Origin: Lytechinus pictus
Taxonomy: Eukaryota
Assembly: GCF_037042905.1 (NCBI RefSeq)
Contig: NC_087246.1
Span: 35,836,001 to 35,900,000, forward strand
Direction of reading: 5' to 3'
DNA: 64,000 bases
Below are positions 38,319-53,476 of the stretch, piece by piece (the stretch's first letter is position 1; every line of letters begins with the position of its first letter). The position numbers were made by a program, and so were the translations under genes. The notes beneath the pieces were generated by a model. The model searched no databases and was not told the DNA's origin. It saw only the letters and a list, made by a program, of their open reading frames with translations.

Positions 38319-40350
38319 TCAGTCTGTTTCACTAGACATGCTAGATTCAACGGATGACGATTCGGCAGAGACAGACGAAGAACGTCTAAAACGAGCTGCA
38401 AGTAACGAAATATAATTACATTCATTATTAACATACGAAGAAACTCGTATGATTAATCGAAATACTTATTATGTAAACATAAATATTTAAGGATAATTCT
38501 AATTACTTTGAAATATTATATATCGGTTTGTTTTTATATTTTGGAAAATGAAAAGATTATGATAACTTTCGTTTGTTTGATATGTGGATAAAGAAGACCA
38601 GAAATTGCATAAAGAGAATTAAAACACTAGATTTTCATTACAACTTTCATTGAGTTTAACTATGAAAAACTGAGAAGAGGAACAATCTAATATAAGAAGA
38701 AGGATACTTTGCATTACATAAATAAATAAATGTTTTGGACGATATCACACAGTGTCAACAAAAGTACAAAAAAATATTTTAAATGGCATTAGGAGATTTG
38801 AAGATATTACTTACCTGTAGAGGAACAGTCGACAACTTCAAGGCAAATTTTTTCCAAGATTTCACAGGCATAAGCGCTATTCTGCTCTCCTTCCTCTACC
38901 AGACACACCATATTATTCTCAGCTCCATCAAACAATTCCTGTTCAGTAAGGGTAAGGCGTCCTCTTAGATCTTCTTCACACGTGTCAACCACCTGCCTGT
39001 ATCTGTCACATAGGGCTTCGAACTGTGCAGTGCGATCGGTAGTTTGGGCTACAAATCAAGGAAATTATCAAATCGTGATTTTTTGTTGAATTTACTAGTA
39101 ACACAAATGAATAACCAGTGGAGCAATAAGCCCAAAAAATTGAGGTGGCAAGAGATGGCGTATCGGAAAAATTTATACATATAAAAGCGAGCGTGCAAAA
39201 ATGTCGTCATTTTTATTTTCAAAATCCTATTTTGTGATAGATTTTGACATGATATTTAGAAAATAATATATTTCATTCTTCTCTCTTTCTTTCCTTTCCT
39301 TTTTGTCTTGTTCGTAAAAAAAATTGAGGGTAGCAAGCGCCCAAGAACCCCCCCCCCCCCCGTCTATACGCCACTGTAACAAACCTATGATTTATATTGT
39401 GCAATAATGCTCTGCACCATCATGATAAAACCAAAATTATTGCACCAAAATGAACAAATTGACAAGTTTTGTTGTGTAATGTGGAAAAAATATTAACATT
39501 CACCAAACATACATGTATCATATATAGAAGCGATTTCAAAATGATCATGATATATACCCAAATGAAAAATATATCTGCAAATTTCGATAAATCCCTCTTT
39601 TTCTCTATTTATTTTTAAATGAAAAATTAAAGAAATATATACCTTTGACTGCCATCGCAAAAACTACAACGAGACACAAACAAACGCAGAATGTTTTTAC
39701 CTGTAGAAAGGAAAATAAATAAAATATTCAATTAATTTGTATACTCTAACATCATAGCTTTAAATGATAACGTAAATAATCAAAGAATTAATTGAAATTT
39801 AGGTAAGACTGTCTTTTTGGAAACAACTTTAAGGATCTTTTCGGGTCAATTCCCTTGTTCATTAAAATTAGACTTTATTTCTTTACATATAGATCTCGCA
39901 AGAGAAATAACACCCCCCCCCCCCAAAAAAAAAAAAGGGAAAGGAATAAATAAATAAAATAAGTAATAGAATAAAACAGGATGAAGTGTGATAATTAAAT
40001 GGAATTAAAAAAAGATATAACATAAAAAAAATATAATAATTGTAAAATTAAGGACTTCAAAGATTATAAACCTAATGATTAAAATAAATGGAATTTAATA
40101 GCATATACCATTGGCGGACAAAAACACAAAGGTATACCCCGACTTGTGAGATCGTATAAACCTCTGCTTTGGTATGATATATATATATCTATTTCTATTT
40201 CACTGTAAACACTATCAGAAAGAAATTAAAATCCATGTCATCAAATTCGTTCTTGTTTTCTAATTGTATCCATAATATCAGATTTACACAGTTAGAACAG
40301 TCTCTGCTGGAATAATTTGAAAATAATATTGTACTTACCGATTGAGCCAT
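38319..40350 (-). CDS. Secreted six-Cys acidic protein precursor, copy 6 (subtype B), 126 aa
   Basis: complement join(40339..40350,39643..39700,38815..39048,38319..38395); variants LRGRLTL and NSAYAC; in-frame 9-nt insertion gives tail VESSMSSETD*. Confidence 0.92.
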
Positions 40351-42457
40351 TTCAGGAGTTTTGCTGAGTCAAGAGCTCTGAAAAAAAAGTTATTTCGAAT
40401 GCTGATGAGTGAGTATTTAATGACTATATTTTCTCCCCTTTATAGTATTTCAACATAATCAAAATTTAGGTTGGAAATGTTTGGCTTTCATGCTTGTGAG
40501 ATTACAATATGATATGATAATTATGACAGTTTAAGATTTGAACAAAAGGACATTTTACGTAATTTGTTTGTGATAGGTTAAACTGTCATTACGAATTTCG
40601 CTTCTAATTATACGCGTAATTAATATTTATATACCATTAAGATGAAGTTGACAGTTTGAAAGGTCAAAATTAAAAGAATAAACAAACAAAACGAGTGAAC
40701 GACCAATTTTGTATTGAAATTCAAGCACTCACCCCCCCCCCCTCTCTCTCTCTCTCTCCCTCAGTCTCACCTAAATGTAATTGACACGGTCTATTAATTA
40801 TCTTGTTTCCTTTATCTTTGAAAGTAAACGAAACAATGAGAGTCATTTGGCGACAGATTTCTTGTTTGAATGTTTTATTTTGCTGTATACAGCGAATTAA
40901 CTGGTGTTTTAGTCTATTATGAATCATTGTGAAGAAATGGGAATATACAAAGAGGTCTTATGTCGTTCATTTTTTTTAAAGAATCAATGATGATTTAACG
41001 GATGGTGTGTCAGAGCCACGGTTCAGACGACCTTATTTTTCATTTTTTATATCGACGTCAATTTTTTTACTTTCTATATGTATGTTCCTCCTTATAAAGC
41101 CCCAGTATGATAAATGAATATCAATGCATAGTGTTATGAATAAAAGTCTATTTGATATAAATGATAAAATTATACAGGATTCGAAAAGGGACACATTTTA
41201 AGGAATGTTTTAAGTGCCATTTAATCCCCTTGGAAGGGGAACATCATTGTATCAAATTTAACAGGCAATGCGTGCTCCGGGAGGAGTGGTGAACACATAG
41301 GCCCCAAGCAAATTGTGTCTCATCAAATTCTTTTTTCCCGACCATAAATTTCTTTCTTTCCCGGTCTTTCTCTCCCTTTCCCACGTTTTTATTTTATTTT
41401 ACTATATTCAATATTATTCTTTTTTTGCTTGTCGATTTTTTGGGTCTTTTATTTTTCATTTTTTATTTATCTCTTTTTTTGGGGGGGCACGTGCCACTCG
41501 TTACATCACTGATGGTACTAGATGTCACTTTTGACTGGATTATTCACAAAATCTAGCTCTAAGGATAGTGCAATATATAATGCTTTTAGCAGTTTTGGAT
41601 CTGTCTTTGATCAATGCAAAACAAAAAATAATCCAGTATACCAACTTGCTAACTTTTATGTATTAAAGAAAAAAAAATCACGATTTTATTGAAAAAATCA
41701 TATCGATGATCAGCCTATCTAATGGATGAAATTTGCAGTAACCAATAAAACTTTTTAAAATACATATTCATATATTTTCGTGGACTATTTGTAAATCTAA
41801 TTGTAATATTCCTCAATATTAAACACACAAAGCATTTGTTGAAAAAATATTTGATGGGAAGAATTATGTTCTATAGATCGACCAACTACTCTAGAAGCCA
41901 ATGACTGTCGGCTAATGCCAATCATAATTGTTTCATTTACTTTAAAAGGTAAATGAAACATGACAATAGACCATGTCAATCAAATATAAGTGAGAGAGAT
42001 AGAGAGGGTGGGTGTGTGTGTGTGTGTGGGGGTGTGTGTGTGTGAGAGAGAGGGAGACAGAGGGGGGAGAGAGTGAGTCCTTGGTTCTAAACACAAACGC
42101 ATTAGTTGGTCGTTCACTCGTTGTATTAGTTTATTTTCAATTTTTGATCTTTGAAACTGCCAACCTCATTTAAATAATATAAATTAACTATGCATGTAAT
42201 TAGAAAACAAAATACATGATGACAGTTTTACCTTTCACAAACAAATTACGTAAATGTCCCTTTGTTCTATTCTTAAACTGTCATATCATGTCATATTCCA
42301 ATCTCGCAATCTTGAAAGCCAAACATTTCCAACCTAAATTTTGATTATTTTCAAATACTATAAAAGGAAGAAAATATCTTCATTAATCACTCATTCAACA
42401 GCATTCGAAATAACTCTTTATTTTCTCAAAACGTTCAGCTCAGCAAAACTCCTGAAA

Positions 42458-44081
42458 ATGGCTCAATCGGTAAGTATAACATTACTTTTTAAAATTATTC
42501 CAGCAGAAAAAATATTAAAACTGCAAAACAGTTATAGTTAGCTTTTAAGGCATTCTAAAGATATATTGAGAATTTTAATTTATTTGTGAATTTGTTTATA
42601 TACGTAAATAGAAATCTGCATTATACACCGACTATTTATCTTGGATCTTACAATTCGGGGTATATCTCTTTGTTTTATTCCCCCGATCCGCCAATGGTGT
42701 ATGCTATCAAATTCCATTTATATTAAGCATTAGGATTATAAACTTTATTTTTATTCATTTTTTACAATTTTTATTTTCTTTTCATGCTATATATATTTAA
42801 TTCCATTTAATTATCACTCCTATTCCATTTTTTATTTTCTAATTTCAATCAATTCTTAAAATGTTCATGTTATCATTTAAACAAATGAATTCATTTTTTT
42901 TCTTATTTTTTCCCCCTTTTACAGGTAAAAACACTTCGCGTTTGTCTGTGTCTCATTGCATTTTTTGCAATGGAAGTGAAAGGTATAGATTTTTGTATTT
43001 TTTCAATTAAAAATTTATAGAGAAAAAGAGGCATTTATCGAAGTTTGCAGATATCTTTGTCACTTGGGTACTGTTTCTATCATGACTTTCATCATGTTCG
43101 ATACCTCTATTTTGGAGGGATGACATATAACTTTTCATTAAAAGAGAGAAAATTAAAGAAAGAGAAAGAGAGGAAGGTGAAATATGATATTATCTTCTGA
43201 ATATTATGTCAATTTTTTTGCTAGCTTGCTTCGCTCGAAACTTCTTTATTTTTTTCCCGATGCACCATATCTTGCCCCTCAAAACGTTTGGCTAAATATG
43301 CCACTAGTTTTTTTACTGATAAATTCTACGAAAAGTCACGATTTGATAATTTCTTTCATTTCTAGCCCAAACTACCGATCGCACTGCACAGTTCGAAGCC
43401 CTATGTGACAGATACATGGAGGTGGTTGACACGTGTGAAGAAGACCTAAGAAGACTTCTAACATCTACTGAACAGAACCTGTTCGATGAAGCTGAATATA
43501 GTATGGTGTGTCTGGTAGAGGAAGGAGAGCAGAATAGCGCTGATGCCTGTGAAATCTTAGGAAAAATTTGCCTTGAAGTTGTTGACTGTTCCTCTACAGG
43601 TAAGTAATATCTCCAAATCCCCCAATGCATTTTATAACAATTTTTTGCTGCTTTTTGTTGACACTATCGTCCAAAAATATTTATGATATGTAATCCAAAA
43701 GATCCCTCTTCCTATATTAGATTGTTGCTCTTCTCAGTTTATCATAGTTAAACTCAATGACATTTTCAAGTGTTTTAATTCTCTTTACACAATTTCTGGT
43801 CTTCATTATTCACATTTCAAACAAACGTAAGTCGTTATCATAACCTCTCCCTTTTCCAAAAGATAAAAACAAACCGATATACAATATTTCAAATAAATTA
43901 TCGTTAAATGTCCATGTTTACATGATATGCATTCCGATTAATCATTGGAGTTTCTTCGTATGTTAATAATGCTTGCAATTATATTTCATTACTTGCAGCT
44001 CGTTTTAGACGTTCTTCGTCTGTCTCTGCCGAATCAACATCCGTTGAATCTAGTGAAACAGAATCTAGTGAAACAGACTGA
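42458..44081 (+). CDS. Secreted six-Cys acidic protein precursor, copy 7 (subtype A), 128 aa
   Basis: join(42458..42469,42925..42982,43366..43599,43999..44081); signal MAQSVKTLRVCLCLIAFFAMEVKA; variants YMEVV, LRRLL and AEYSM. Confidence 0.9.
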
Positions 44082-44698
44082 GGAGGTCATCGCAGGCCAA
44101 CGGTTGAAACACAGTATCCCATATTTGCCTCGAGTGTCGTAATGTGTATGAGGATCACTTCTTCATTCGACTTTTATATAAGTAACTATTTAAGATGCTG
44201 CTTGTTTCTTTTTATGTGTCTTTCATTCACTAATATATTTAAATAAAATTCTAACCAAATATTGAAAAATCTAATAATTTGCCTCAGTTATTCATAATTT
44301 TGATTATTTTTGGTAGGATTGTTGGAGAAAGGTAATTGGAAGTTGAAAATTTGAAAAAAAATACGTGACTAAACATAATTCATTGAGAGAAAATAATATT
44401 TAAAAAAAATTGTGTAAATAAGGTTGATTGTGAGACCCCTTCCACGTGAACTAGGGGAGATACCAGGGGGTTCCATATAAAGAATGCTCCTTATATCATG
44501 TTGGTGTATAGTTCAAGAAAGGAAATGATAATGGGAATATCTTTCGACACCTAGAGTCAAGATGCTAGAGAGCCTAGATAAAAAGACAGTGTGTGTGGGT
44601 GCGTGCACCTGTGTATAAGGGTGAGAGAGAGAGGGGGAGAGGTACATGAGAATTAAAAGAGAGGGATGAAATATAAATAATTCGAGAGACAAGCTATT

Positions 44699-45086
44699 GG
44701 GCGATTCCATACTTGTCGTACGGGACATTTTGACAACAATTTCTAGTTTTCTAGCCGAATGCTTGAGCAATAGAATATTCTCTTTTGTCAATGATAAAGC
44801 TATATAGTGGGTGGTCATGTGAAAAACTGATAACCAACACAAAAAAAATTATTATAGGTGAGTTGTAGGTGAAAATGTTGTGTGTCGTACGGGACGCAGA
44901 AATGTCCCGTACGACACGCAACGTTTTAGGCTCTAATTCACCTATGGACTACATGTTTTTGTTGGTTGTCATTTTTTTTGCATGTCTACCCATGCAGTAG
45001 TACTTTAATATTACCACAAAGCAAATTCTTCGTTCGTTTGGACAGCAGGTTGAAAATTGTTGTGAAAATTGCTAAATAAATCGCCC
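44699..45086. mobile_element. GGGCGATT MITE
   Basis: Same insertion site and TATT duplication as 17256. Confidence 0.8.
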
Positions 45087-45253
45087 TATTATAGAGTGAG
45101 GGGGTGGCAGTGAGTCAGGTGGGTGTGCGCCATGAATAGCTAAAATAATACAAAAGGAAGAGTGGAAAGCTAATGCATGAGTATGCAATATGTATGTGTT
45201 CTATTTGTTTTTCAGTGTGTGTGTGTAAAATGTATTCTTCTCCCCCTTGATAA

Positions 45254-45855
45254 AAGACAAGTCCACCCCAACAAAATGTTGATTTGAAAAAAAGGAGAAA
45301 ATCCAACACGCAAAAAACTGAAAATTTCATCGAAATCGGATGTAAAATAAGAAAGTTATGACATTTTAAAGTTTCGCTTAATTTCACAAAACAGTTTTAA
45401 GCACATTCTGGTCGGTATGCAAATTGGCACACTGATGACGTCACCCACTCACTATTTCGTTTGTATTTTATTATATGAAATATGAAATATTCTAATTTTC
45501 TCCTCCTTGTTAAGTGAAACAAAGTTTTATTTCTCCCTGAACATGTGGAATTACCATTATTTTAACAGTTTATGGTTAAGTTAAGTTGGTCCTTAATGTC
45601 AAATATGTAAAAATTGAAATATTGTATTATTCAAACAATAAAAAACAAAAGAAATAGTGAGTGATGGACACCATCGACTCTCTCATTTGCATATCGCTGA
45701 GTTGTGCATAAACGGTTTTGTGAAAAATAAGCGATACTTAAAAATGTCATAACTTTCTTATTTTACATCCGATTTCCATGAAATTTGCAGCGTTATAATT
45801 GTTTGATTTTTCTCTATCGATTCAAATCAAAAGTTTTCTGGGGTGGACTTGACCT
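45254..45855. mobile_element. TTAA-duplicating DNA transposon, paralog of the 34409 insertion
   Basis: Same site and sequence; left terminus mutated. Confidence 0.85.
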
Positions 45856-46970
45856 TTAAAGATAAAGGATTGATCTCATTGAAACCAAATATAAGATTAT
45901 ACTTTTCGTATAATTTGTAGTTTCTATATAGTAAATGGTACAGGTAACCTTCATTCAGCTTTCATTTTGTAGAAGAATTTGTTTACAATCCTGCAATTTG
46001 GGGTTATGAATAATTATGTTGCTCACTGTATACATTTGTTTTTAAATTCACCCCGAAACAAAGCCTTGCTTTGGGACACCACAAGAGCTTATCGCGAAAG
46101 AAGTGACACCATCATGCTAGACAGGCTGTGCTCTCGCTCCGATTATTCATGAACCAGCCAAATGGCAACCCACAAGTTTGATCTTAACAGTAATGGCATA
46201 ATAAAAAAATTAATGGTATCGAAACCTCCTGCAAATAAATAATATTACGTGTCGAACTGTAGCTTTGAAGGTAAAATGGGGACCAAATTCATTCATTAAT
46301 AGTATTCAATATAACCAGGATCGTAAAAAAAATCCATAGCGAGTTTTATAGGTATACATGCACGTTTTTTCCTTTTTTTACCGAATGGACACTTTAAATA
46401 GTTCTGCATCAACAATATGGAAATCAGATTTGTTTAGTAAACCGAAATTGCAAAGTAATGTTAAATACTTTAATGATTGAAAAGCCACTTAACGTTTGGC
46501 CAATGCCATTTTGTTCTGCGAATTCATCACATCGTTTTCCTAAGATAAAATGTTTCAGGTTTGAATGAAGAGAACCATGTATGGGCCATCTGGTAGTCTC
46601 CATTTCTTTTAGCAGTATTTCAATCTTTATCTGCATGAACAAATAGTATATCATTTCATTTCATTTATTTCATTTTCAACAAAATATAAATCAAATAAAT
46701 ACAATCATTACAAGTCAACATCATAAAAAAAATATGCCAAAGTCATATGCCAAGGTATTAATAATAATAATAAAAAAAGTCAATTAGCTAATATAGAAAG
46801 GGGCGAAAACTAGTGTTAAATCGATGTTAAACCAGATTGTTATGAAATTTTCGGTGTCATACTTCTTTGATTTTTCTCTCTTTCTTGGAATTAACTTGTT
46901 GTAGAGTGGACAAGTACCATGAGCTCACTCAAGACTAGTGGCAACTGCGGATTATGAACCAAAAATATAC

Positions 46971-49169
46971 GCTTTTCACACTGCGTTTCCTTAACCCCAT
47001 ACTATCCTTTACCACGGACTATCCTTAACCTCATACTTTCTTTTTATTTTTTTATTCACACTGTCTTTCTTAACCCCATACTATTTGCCACACAGAGCGT
47101 GATTAACGTGCAATATCGACTTCTGTTATTGGCTAATGCTTAGGCCCACATTTCCTTAGCCTGGTTTCGTTCATAGCACTGCAATTGTGGTGCTAGCACC
47201 GCAATAAGCCGGCTAACCCTGCTTTTTGCAGGACCAGATAGTACCGTACTATTAGGTGAGCGGCCAGAAGCGAAAAAGTGGCTTATTTCTTGACTTTAAT
47301 CCCCCCGGCTGGATCAAAGCAAAATCATACATCAAATTAAAGGAAATTTTCTGAATTTTTCGGAATTGGGCATTAAAACTGACGTGATGTGTAGCATCAC
47401 CATGGAAACCAGCCTTGATTAAGCCACGCCCATTTTAAATACTTGAATATTTATAGTAAATATTGTTTTTTACACATTAATTTAAATTATATTATATATT
47501 AGGTATTTTTTCTTATTTTTATAGGATAGTTCCACTATATATTGTAAGAAGAATTACAGAATAACAACTTAGCATGAATTTTATGAACATTTTCTCAGAA
47601 ACTGTTGCCTAGCAACATAACTTTCCTTAGCAACCATTTAGCTCCTTAAGTAAACCACTTATTTTTCCATTTCAAACCTAACTTTTAACTTTTTAACTAG
47701 GTTAGATTAAACCTAATAAGTTATACCAATGAAATTCTATAAAGTATTATTGAAAAATAATAAAAAGAACTGAAAAACCCCATTTTAACTATTGCGAACC
47801 TCAAATAAATTTGCTAAGCTCTACTTAACATTCCCCTTCACATCGTACAAATCGCGCCATTATTGTTCATTTTGACTACATTGATACACGTACGTACAAG
47901 TCACATACTTTGTACTATTTTGTGGTGAAAAAAGTGGATTGAGTTAATAATACTTGATCAATTAACATGCAGTATCTTGTCTTCAATAGAACAACAACAA
48001 AATTACCATTTCACATTACCCATGGATACCAATTCATTGCCTAGCAACGACTATTTTCCATTGCAACGACTATGATAACACTCTCCTCCCTGGACAAATC
48101 TGTGTAAAAAATAGTTCATTATGAGCAATAATACTGACACAATATCATATAGATGCCTACAACCTCGTTTTCAATATTCATTCAACAAACTGACTATTTT
48201 TTAGCTTCCATGGAGACAAATGTGTTGCCTGGTAACAATATTCCCTAGCAACGGCTATGTTACCACTCTTCATCTCAGTCAAATGTGCTGAGGAAGTTGT
48301 GCCTTAGAGTAAAAATATTGAGAAAATTAACATATGATAGTTTGTTAAACAGTATTCAGGAATTTACCAACATCTACTGACATAATTCCATTGCCTAGCA
48401 ACACTATCTACCTTAGCAACGATGTATTTTCCCCTTAAACAATCTTGAGGAAAAATAATCCACTTTTAAGTGTACAGTACCATTTGTAAAAGGATGGTCC
48501 AAGCTGTAAATATTTCTATCTAAATAAATAGAGTAAAATTCACAAAGCTAAATGCTGAAAATGTCATCAAAATCGGATAACAAATAACAAAGTTATTGAA
48601 TTTTACTCAATTTATTTAGATAGAAATATCTCCAGCCTGGACCATCCCTTTAAATAATATGCCTTCATGCATACTGGCAATGGCAAATTAAAGGACACTA
48701 CTTCATTTCTCTCTATTCTAAAAAAAAAATCATTTATCCTTGTTTGTATATTGCTTGTCTACAAATTCTTAACAGTCCGATGAGCATGGTATTTAAACTT
48801 AATCATATAAAAAGAGCAGCTACAAAGAGAAATTTTAATGTTGAAGATATAAACAGATTAATATGGTTTGGAGGATTAATAGCTGGGTACATAACATATT
48901 TTTAGCTTTTGGCTGCATATTCAGATCAATTTCCTCAAGTGAATATGGAATGGTTAACAAATGGATGTGTCTTGTCAAATAATACCTAGTCACCCATGCA
49001 TGTCCAACTTCCGTACTAGCTCACTTTGCTAAAACCAAGGTAGGTCCATGCTTATACGTAGTGTGAAACCGAAGTAGGCTCAGTTTAACCACGGGAAATT
49101 GATGGGCTATGACCCCCCCCCCCCTTAGCCCTACCATTTTCCCAAGTTTAAGGAAAATGTGTGAAAAGC
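46971..49169. mobile_element. GCTTTTCACAC MITE with nested 1.75-kb insertion (paralog of 18819..21732)
   Basis: Near-identical to 18819..21732 minus the 716-bp MITE. Confidence 0.7.
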
Positions 49170-49676
49170 ATAATTATTATAAAGAGGTGAAATCGGTTTA
49201 GATGGATTTGCAATAGAAAAGAAATATCAACTCTTGTAGGTGATCGATCTAAAAACACGATCGTATTTTTTTTGTAAAGAAAATTAAAAAAATGAAATTG
49301 CCTATTGAAGAAAAAATGGCAAAATTAATATGACAAAGTATTTCAAAAGAGGGCAATATCAAAGCAAATAGTAGTTCCTTACTGTTGCTTCATTTGCCAC
49401 AGGTATTACTGAATGTCATTTGACGTATTTTGGATAATATTGAAAAATAATGAGGATCCAGAGACCATATAGACCGGATTACATCTTTTATATTTACTTG
49501 TGTTTTGATTTACACGAAGAATCGTATGTCTGTTCTCTCTCCCCTCCCTTGTACTTTTTCTAATGCTCTCTCTCTCTCCCCTCTCTTGTTCTCTCTCTCT
49601 CTTCGTTCCATTTATATCATCTTTTATCTTGCTCTTTCCACGTATCTCTCTCTTATTCCCGACTGCCTATCTCTAT

Positions 49677-49721
<45 letters not shown>

Positions 49722-50766
49722 CCACACACCCTCAAACACAAATAGAACGCACCCACCTATCGCATAATCATGCATTAGCTTTTCACTCTTCCTTGTGTAT
49801 TATTTCAGCTCTTCATCGCGCACATAACTGCCATATAATTATATGCCATTATATAGGTTGTCTCTCAAATTATTTATATTTTATCCCTCTCTTTTAAAGG
49901 AAACCAAAACCAAGATGAGAAGCAATCTTATTGGAAAGAGTAAAAGAAGAGGAACAATTTTAATACGTTTCAGTTTTTGTGGACAACTCTCCATTTGTTT
50001 TGTACACATTTTTTTCATATTTTCCCTATTATCTTCAAAATTGCATATTTCCTCATTTTGAGCATAACATATGTCATGGGAAAATATAATTCACACCACA
50101 TATTGATCAAGGTCAGCAGGAGATGATGTGAAATATGTAAAGTAATGGGGAAAATCTGAAAAGAGGTTCATGATGTACCTCTTTCTTCCCCCTTCTCCCT
50201 CTCTCACACATACACACACCACCCTTATACACAGGTGCACACACCCACACACACTGTCTTTTTATCTCGGCTCTCTAGCATCTTGACTCTAGCTGGCAAA
50301 AGAAATTATCATTATCATTTCACTTCTTTGCACTATACACCAACATGATATAAGGAGCATTCTCTATATGGAACCCCCTGGTAACTCCCCTAGTTCCCGT
50401 GGAAGGGGTCTCACAATCAACCTTATTTACAAAATAATCTTCTTCTTTTTTCATTTTTTCTCTTAATGAATTAAGTTTACTCACGCTTTTTTTCTACTTT
50501 TCAACTTCCAATTACCTTTCTCCAACAATCCTACCAAAAATAATCAAACTTATGAGAATGACTGAGGCAAATTATTAGATTTTTCATTATTTTGTAAGAA
50601 TTTTATTTAAATATATATTAGTGAATGGAAGAGACATACAAATGAAACAAGCAGCATCTTAAAATGTTTTTATATCAAAGTAGAATGAAAAACTGATTTT
50701 CGTACACACTACGACTCAAGGCAAAGATGGGTACTGTGTTTCGACCATTGACCTTCGATGACCTCC

Positions 50767-52690
50767 TCAGTCTGTTTCACTTGATTCAACGGATGACGAT
50801 TCGGCAGAGACAGACGAAGAACGTCTAAAACGAGCTGCAAGTAACGAAATATAATTACATTCATTATTAACATACGAAGAAACTCGTATGATTAATCGGA
50901 ATACATATCATGTAAACATTGATATTTAAGGATAATTTCTAATTACTTTGAAATATCATAGATCGTTTTTTTTTTTTTTTTTGGAAAATGGAGAGATTAT
51001 GATAACTTTCGTTTGTTTGATATGTGAATGAAGACCAGAAATTGTATGAAGAGAATTAAAACACTAAATTTTTATTAAAACTTTGATAAACTATGATAAA
51101 CTAAGAAGAGGAACAATCTAATATAAGAAGGGTGATAGTTTGCATTACATAGACAAATCGGGAGATAAATATTTTGGACGATATCACAGAGTGTCAACAA
51201 AAGTAGCAACAAATTTTTATAAATGGTATAAGGGGATTTGAAGATATTACTTACCTGTAGAGGAACAGTCGACAACTTCAAGGCAAATTTTTTCCAAGAT
51301 TTCACAGGCATCAGCGCTATTCTGCTCTCCTTCCTCTACCAGACACACCATACTATTCTCAGCTTCATCGAACAGGTTCTGTTCAGTAGATGTAAGAAGT
51401 CCTCTTAGGTCTTCTTCACACGTGTCAACCACCTCCCTGTATCTGTCACATAGGGCTTCGAACTGTGCAGTGCGATCGGTAGTTTGGGCTAGAAATGAAA
51501 GAAATTATCAAATCGTGACTTTTCGTAGAATTTATCAGTAAAACACATAACAAACTAGTGGCATATTGAGCCAAACGTTGAGGGGGCAAGATATGGGGTA
51601 TCGGGAACATTTGTTTTAAAAAAAGCTTAGAGAGAGCGAAGCAAGCGAGTATAAATTTTGAGATAATATTCAGAAAATAATATATTTCACCCTCCTCTCT
51701 TTCCCTTTAATTATTTCCTTTTCTCTTTTTATTTTCTTGGTCTTGATTATTTGGGGGCAAGTGCCCCAAGACCCCCCCTGTATGCAACAATCATATATTC
51801 CAATTAAACAAAAATTATTGCACCTAAATAAACAAATTGACATGTTTTGTTGTGTAATGTGGAAACTCGCTGTCCAAGCTAGCAAAAAAATTTACATAAT
51901 ATTCAGAAAATAATATCATATTTCACCTTCTCTCTTTCCCTTTCTTTCATTTTCTCTTTTTTAATGAAAAGTTATATGTCATCCCTCAAAAATAGAGGTA
52001 TCAAACATGATGAAAGTCATGATAGAAACAGTACCCAAGTGACAAAAATATCTGCAAACTTCGATAAATGCCTCTTTTTCTCTATAAATATTTAATTTAA
52101 AAAAATACAAAAATCCATACCTTTCACTCCCTTTGCAAAAAATGCAATGAGACACAAACAAACGCAGAATATTTTTACCTGTAAAAGGGGGAAAATAAGA
52201 AAAAAAAATAATTAATTTGTTAACTCTTAAATCATAGTTTAAATGATAACATGAACATTTTAGGAATTGATTGAAATTGGAAAATAAAAAAAGGAATAGG
52301 AGTGATAATTTAATGGAATTAAATAGAAATAGCATGAAAAGAATATAAAAATTTAAAAAATTAATAAAATAAAGTTTATAACCCTAATGCTTAATATAAA
52401 TGGAATTTGATAGCGTACACCATTGGCGGATCGGGGAAATAAAACAAAGAGATATACCCCGAATTGTAAGATCCAAGATAAATATTCGGTGTATAATGCA
52501 GATTTCTATTTACGTAAATAAACAAATTCACAAATAAATCAAAATCCATGTCATCAAATTTGTTTTTGTTTTCTTCTCAATATATCTTTAGAATGCCTTA
52601 AAAGCTAATACTATAATTGTTTTGCAGTTTTAATTTTTTTTCTGCTGGAATAATTTTAAAAAGTAATGTTATACTTACCGATTGAGCCAT
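50767..52690 (-). CDS. Secreted six-Cys acidic protein precursor, copy 8 (A/B chimera), 123 aa
   Basis: complement join(52679..52690,52121..52178,51255..51488,50767..50834); promoter through exon 3 is A-type (LTSTEQNLFDEAENS); exon 4 and 3' flank are B-type. Confidence 0.9.
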
Positions 52691-53109
52691 TTTCAGGAGT
52701 TTTGCTGAGCTGAACGTTTTGAGAAAATAAAGAGTTATTTCGAATGCTGTTGAATGAGTGATTAATGGAGATATTTTCTCCCTTTTATAGTATTTGAAAA
52801 TAATCACAATTTAGGTTGGAAATGTTTGGCTTTCAAGATTGCGAGATTGGAATATGACATGATATGACAGTGTAAGAATAGAACAAAGGGACATTTACGT
52901 AATTTGTTTGTGAAAGGTTAAACTGTCATCATGTATTTTGTTTTCTAATTATATGCATAATTAATTTATAGTATTTAAATGAGGTTGGCAGTTTCAAAGA
53001 TCAAAAATTGAAAATAAACTAATACAACAAGTGAACGACCAACTAATGCGTTTGTGTTTAGAACCAAGGACTCACTCTCCCCCCCCCCCTTTGTCTCTGT
53101 CTCTCACTT

Positions 53110-53141
<32 letters not shown>

Positions 53142-53476
53142 CCACTCTCACTTAAATTTGATTGACATGGTCTATTGTCATGTTTCATTTACCTTTTAAA
53201 GTAAATGAACAATTATGATTGGCATAGGCCGACAGTCATTGGCTTCTAGAGTAGTTGGTCGATCTATAGAACCTAATTCTTCCCATCAAATATTTTTTAA
53301 CAAATGCTTTGTGTGTTTAATATTGAGGAATATTATAATTAGATTTACAAATAGTCCACGAAAATATATGAATATGTATTTTAAAAAGTTTTATTGGTTA
53401 CTGCAAATTTCATCCATTAGATAGGCTAAAAATTGATATGATTTTTTCAATAAACTCGTAATTTTTTTTTCTTTAA

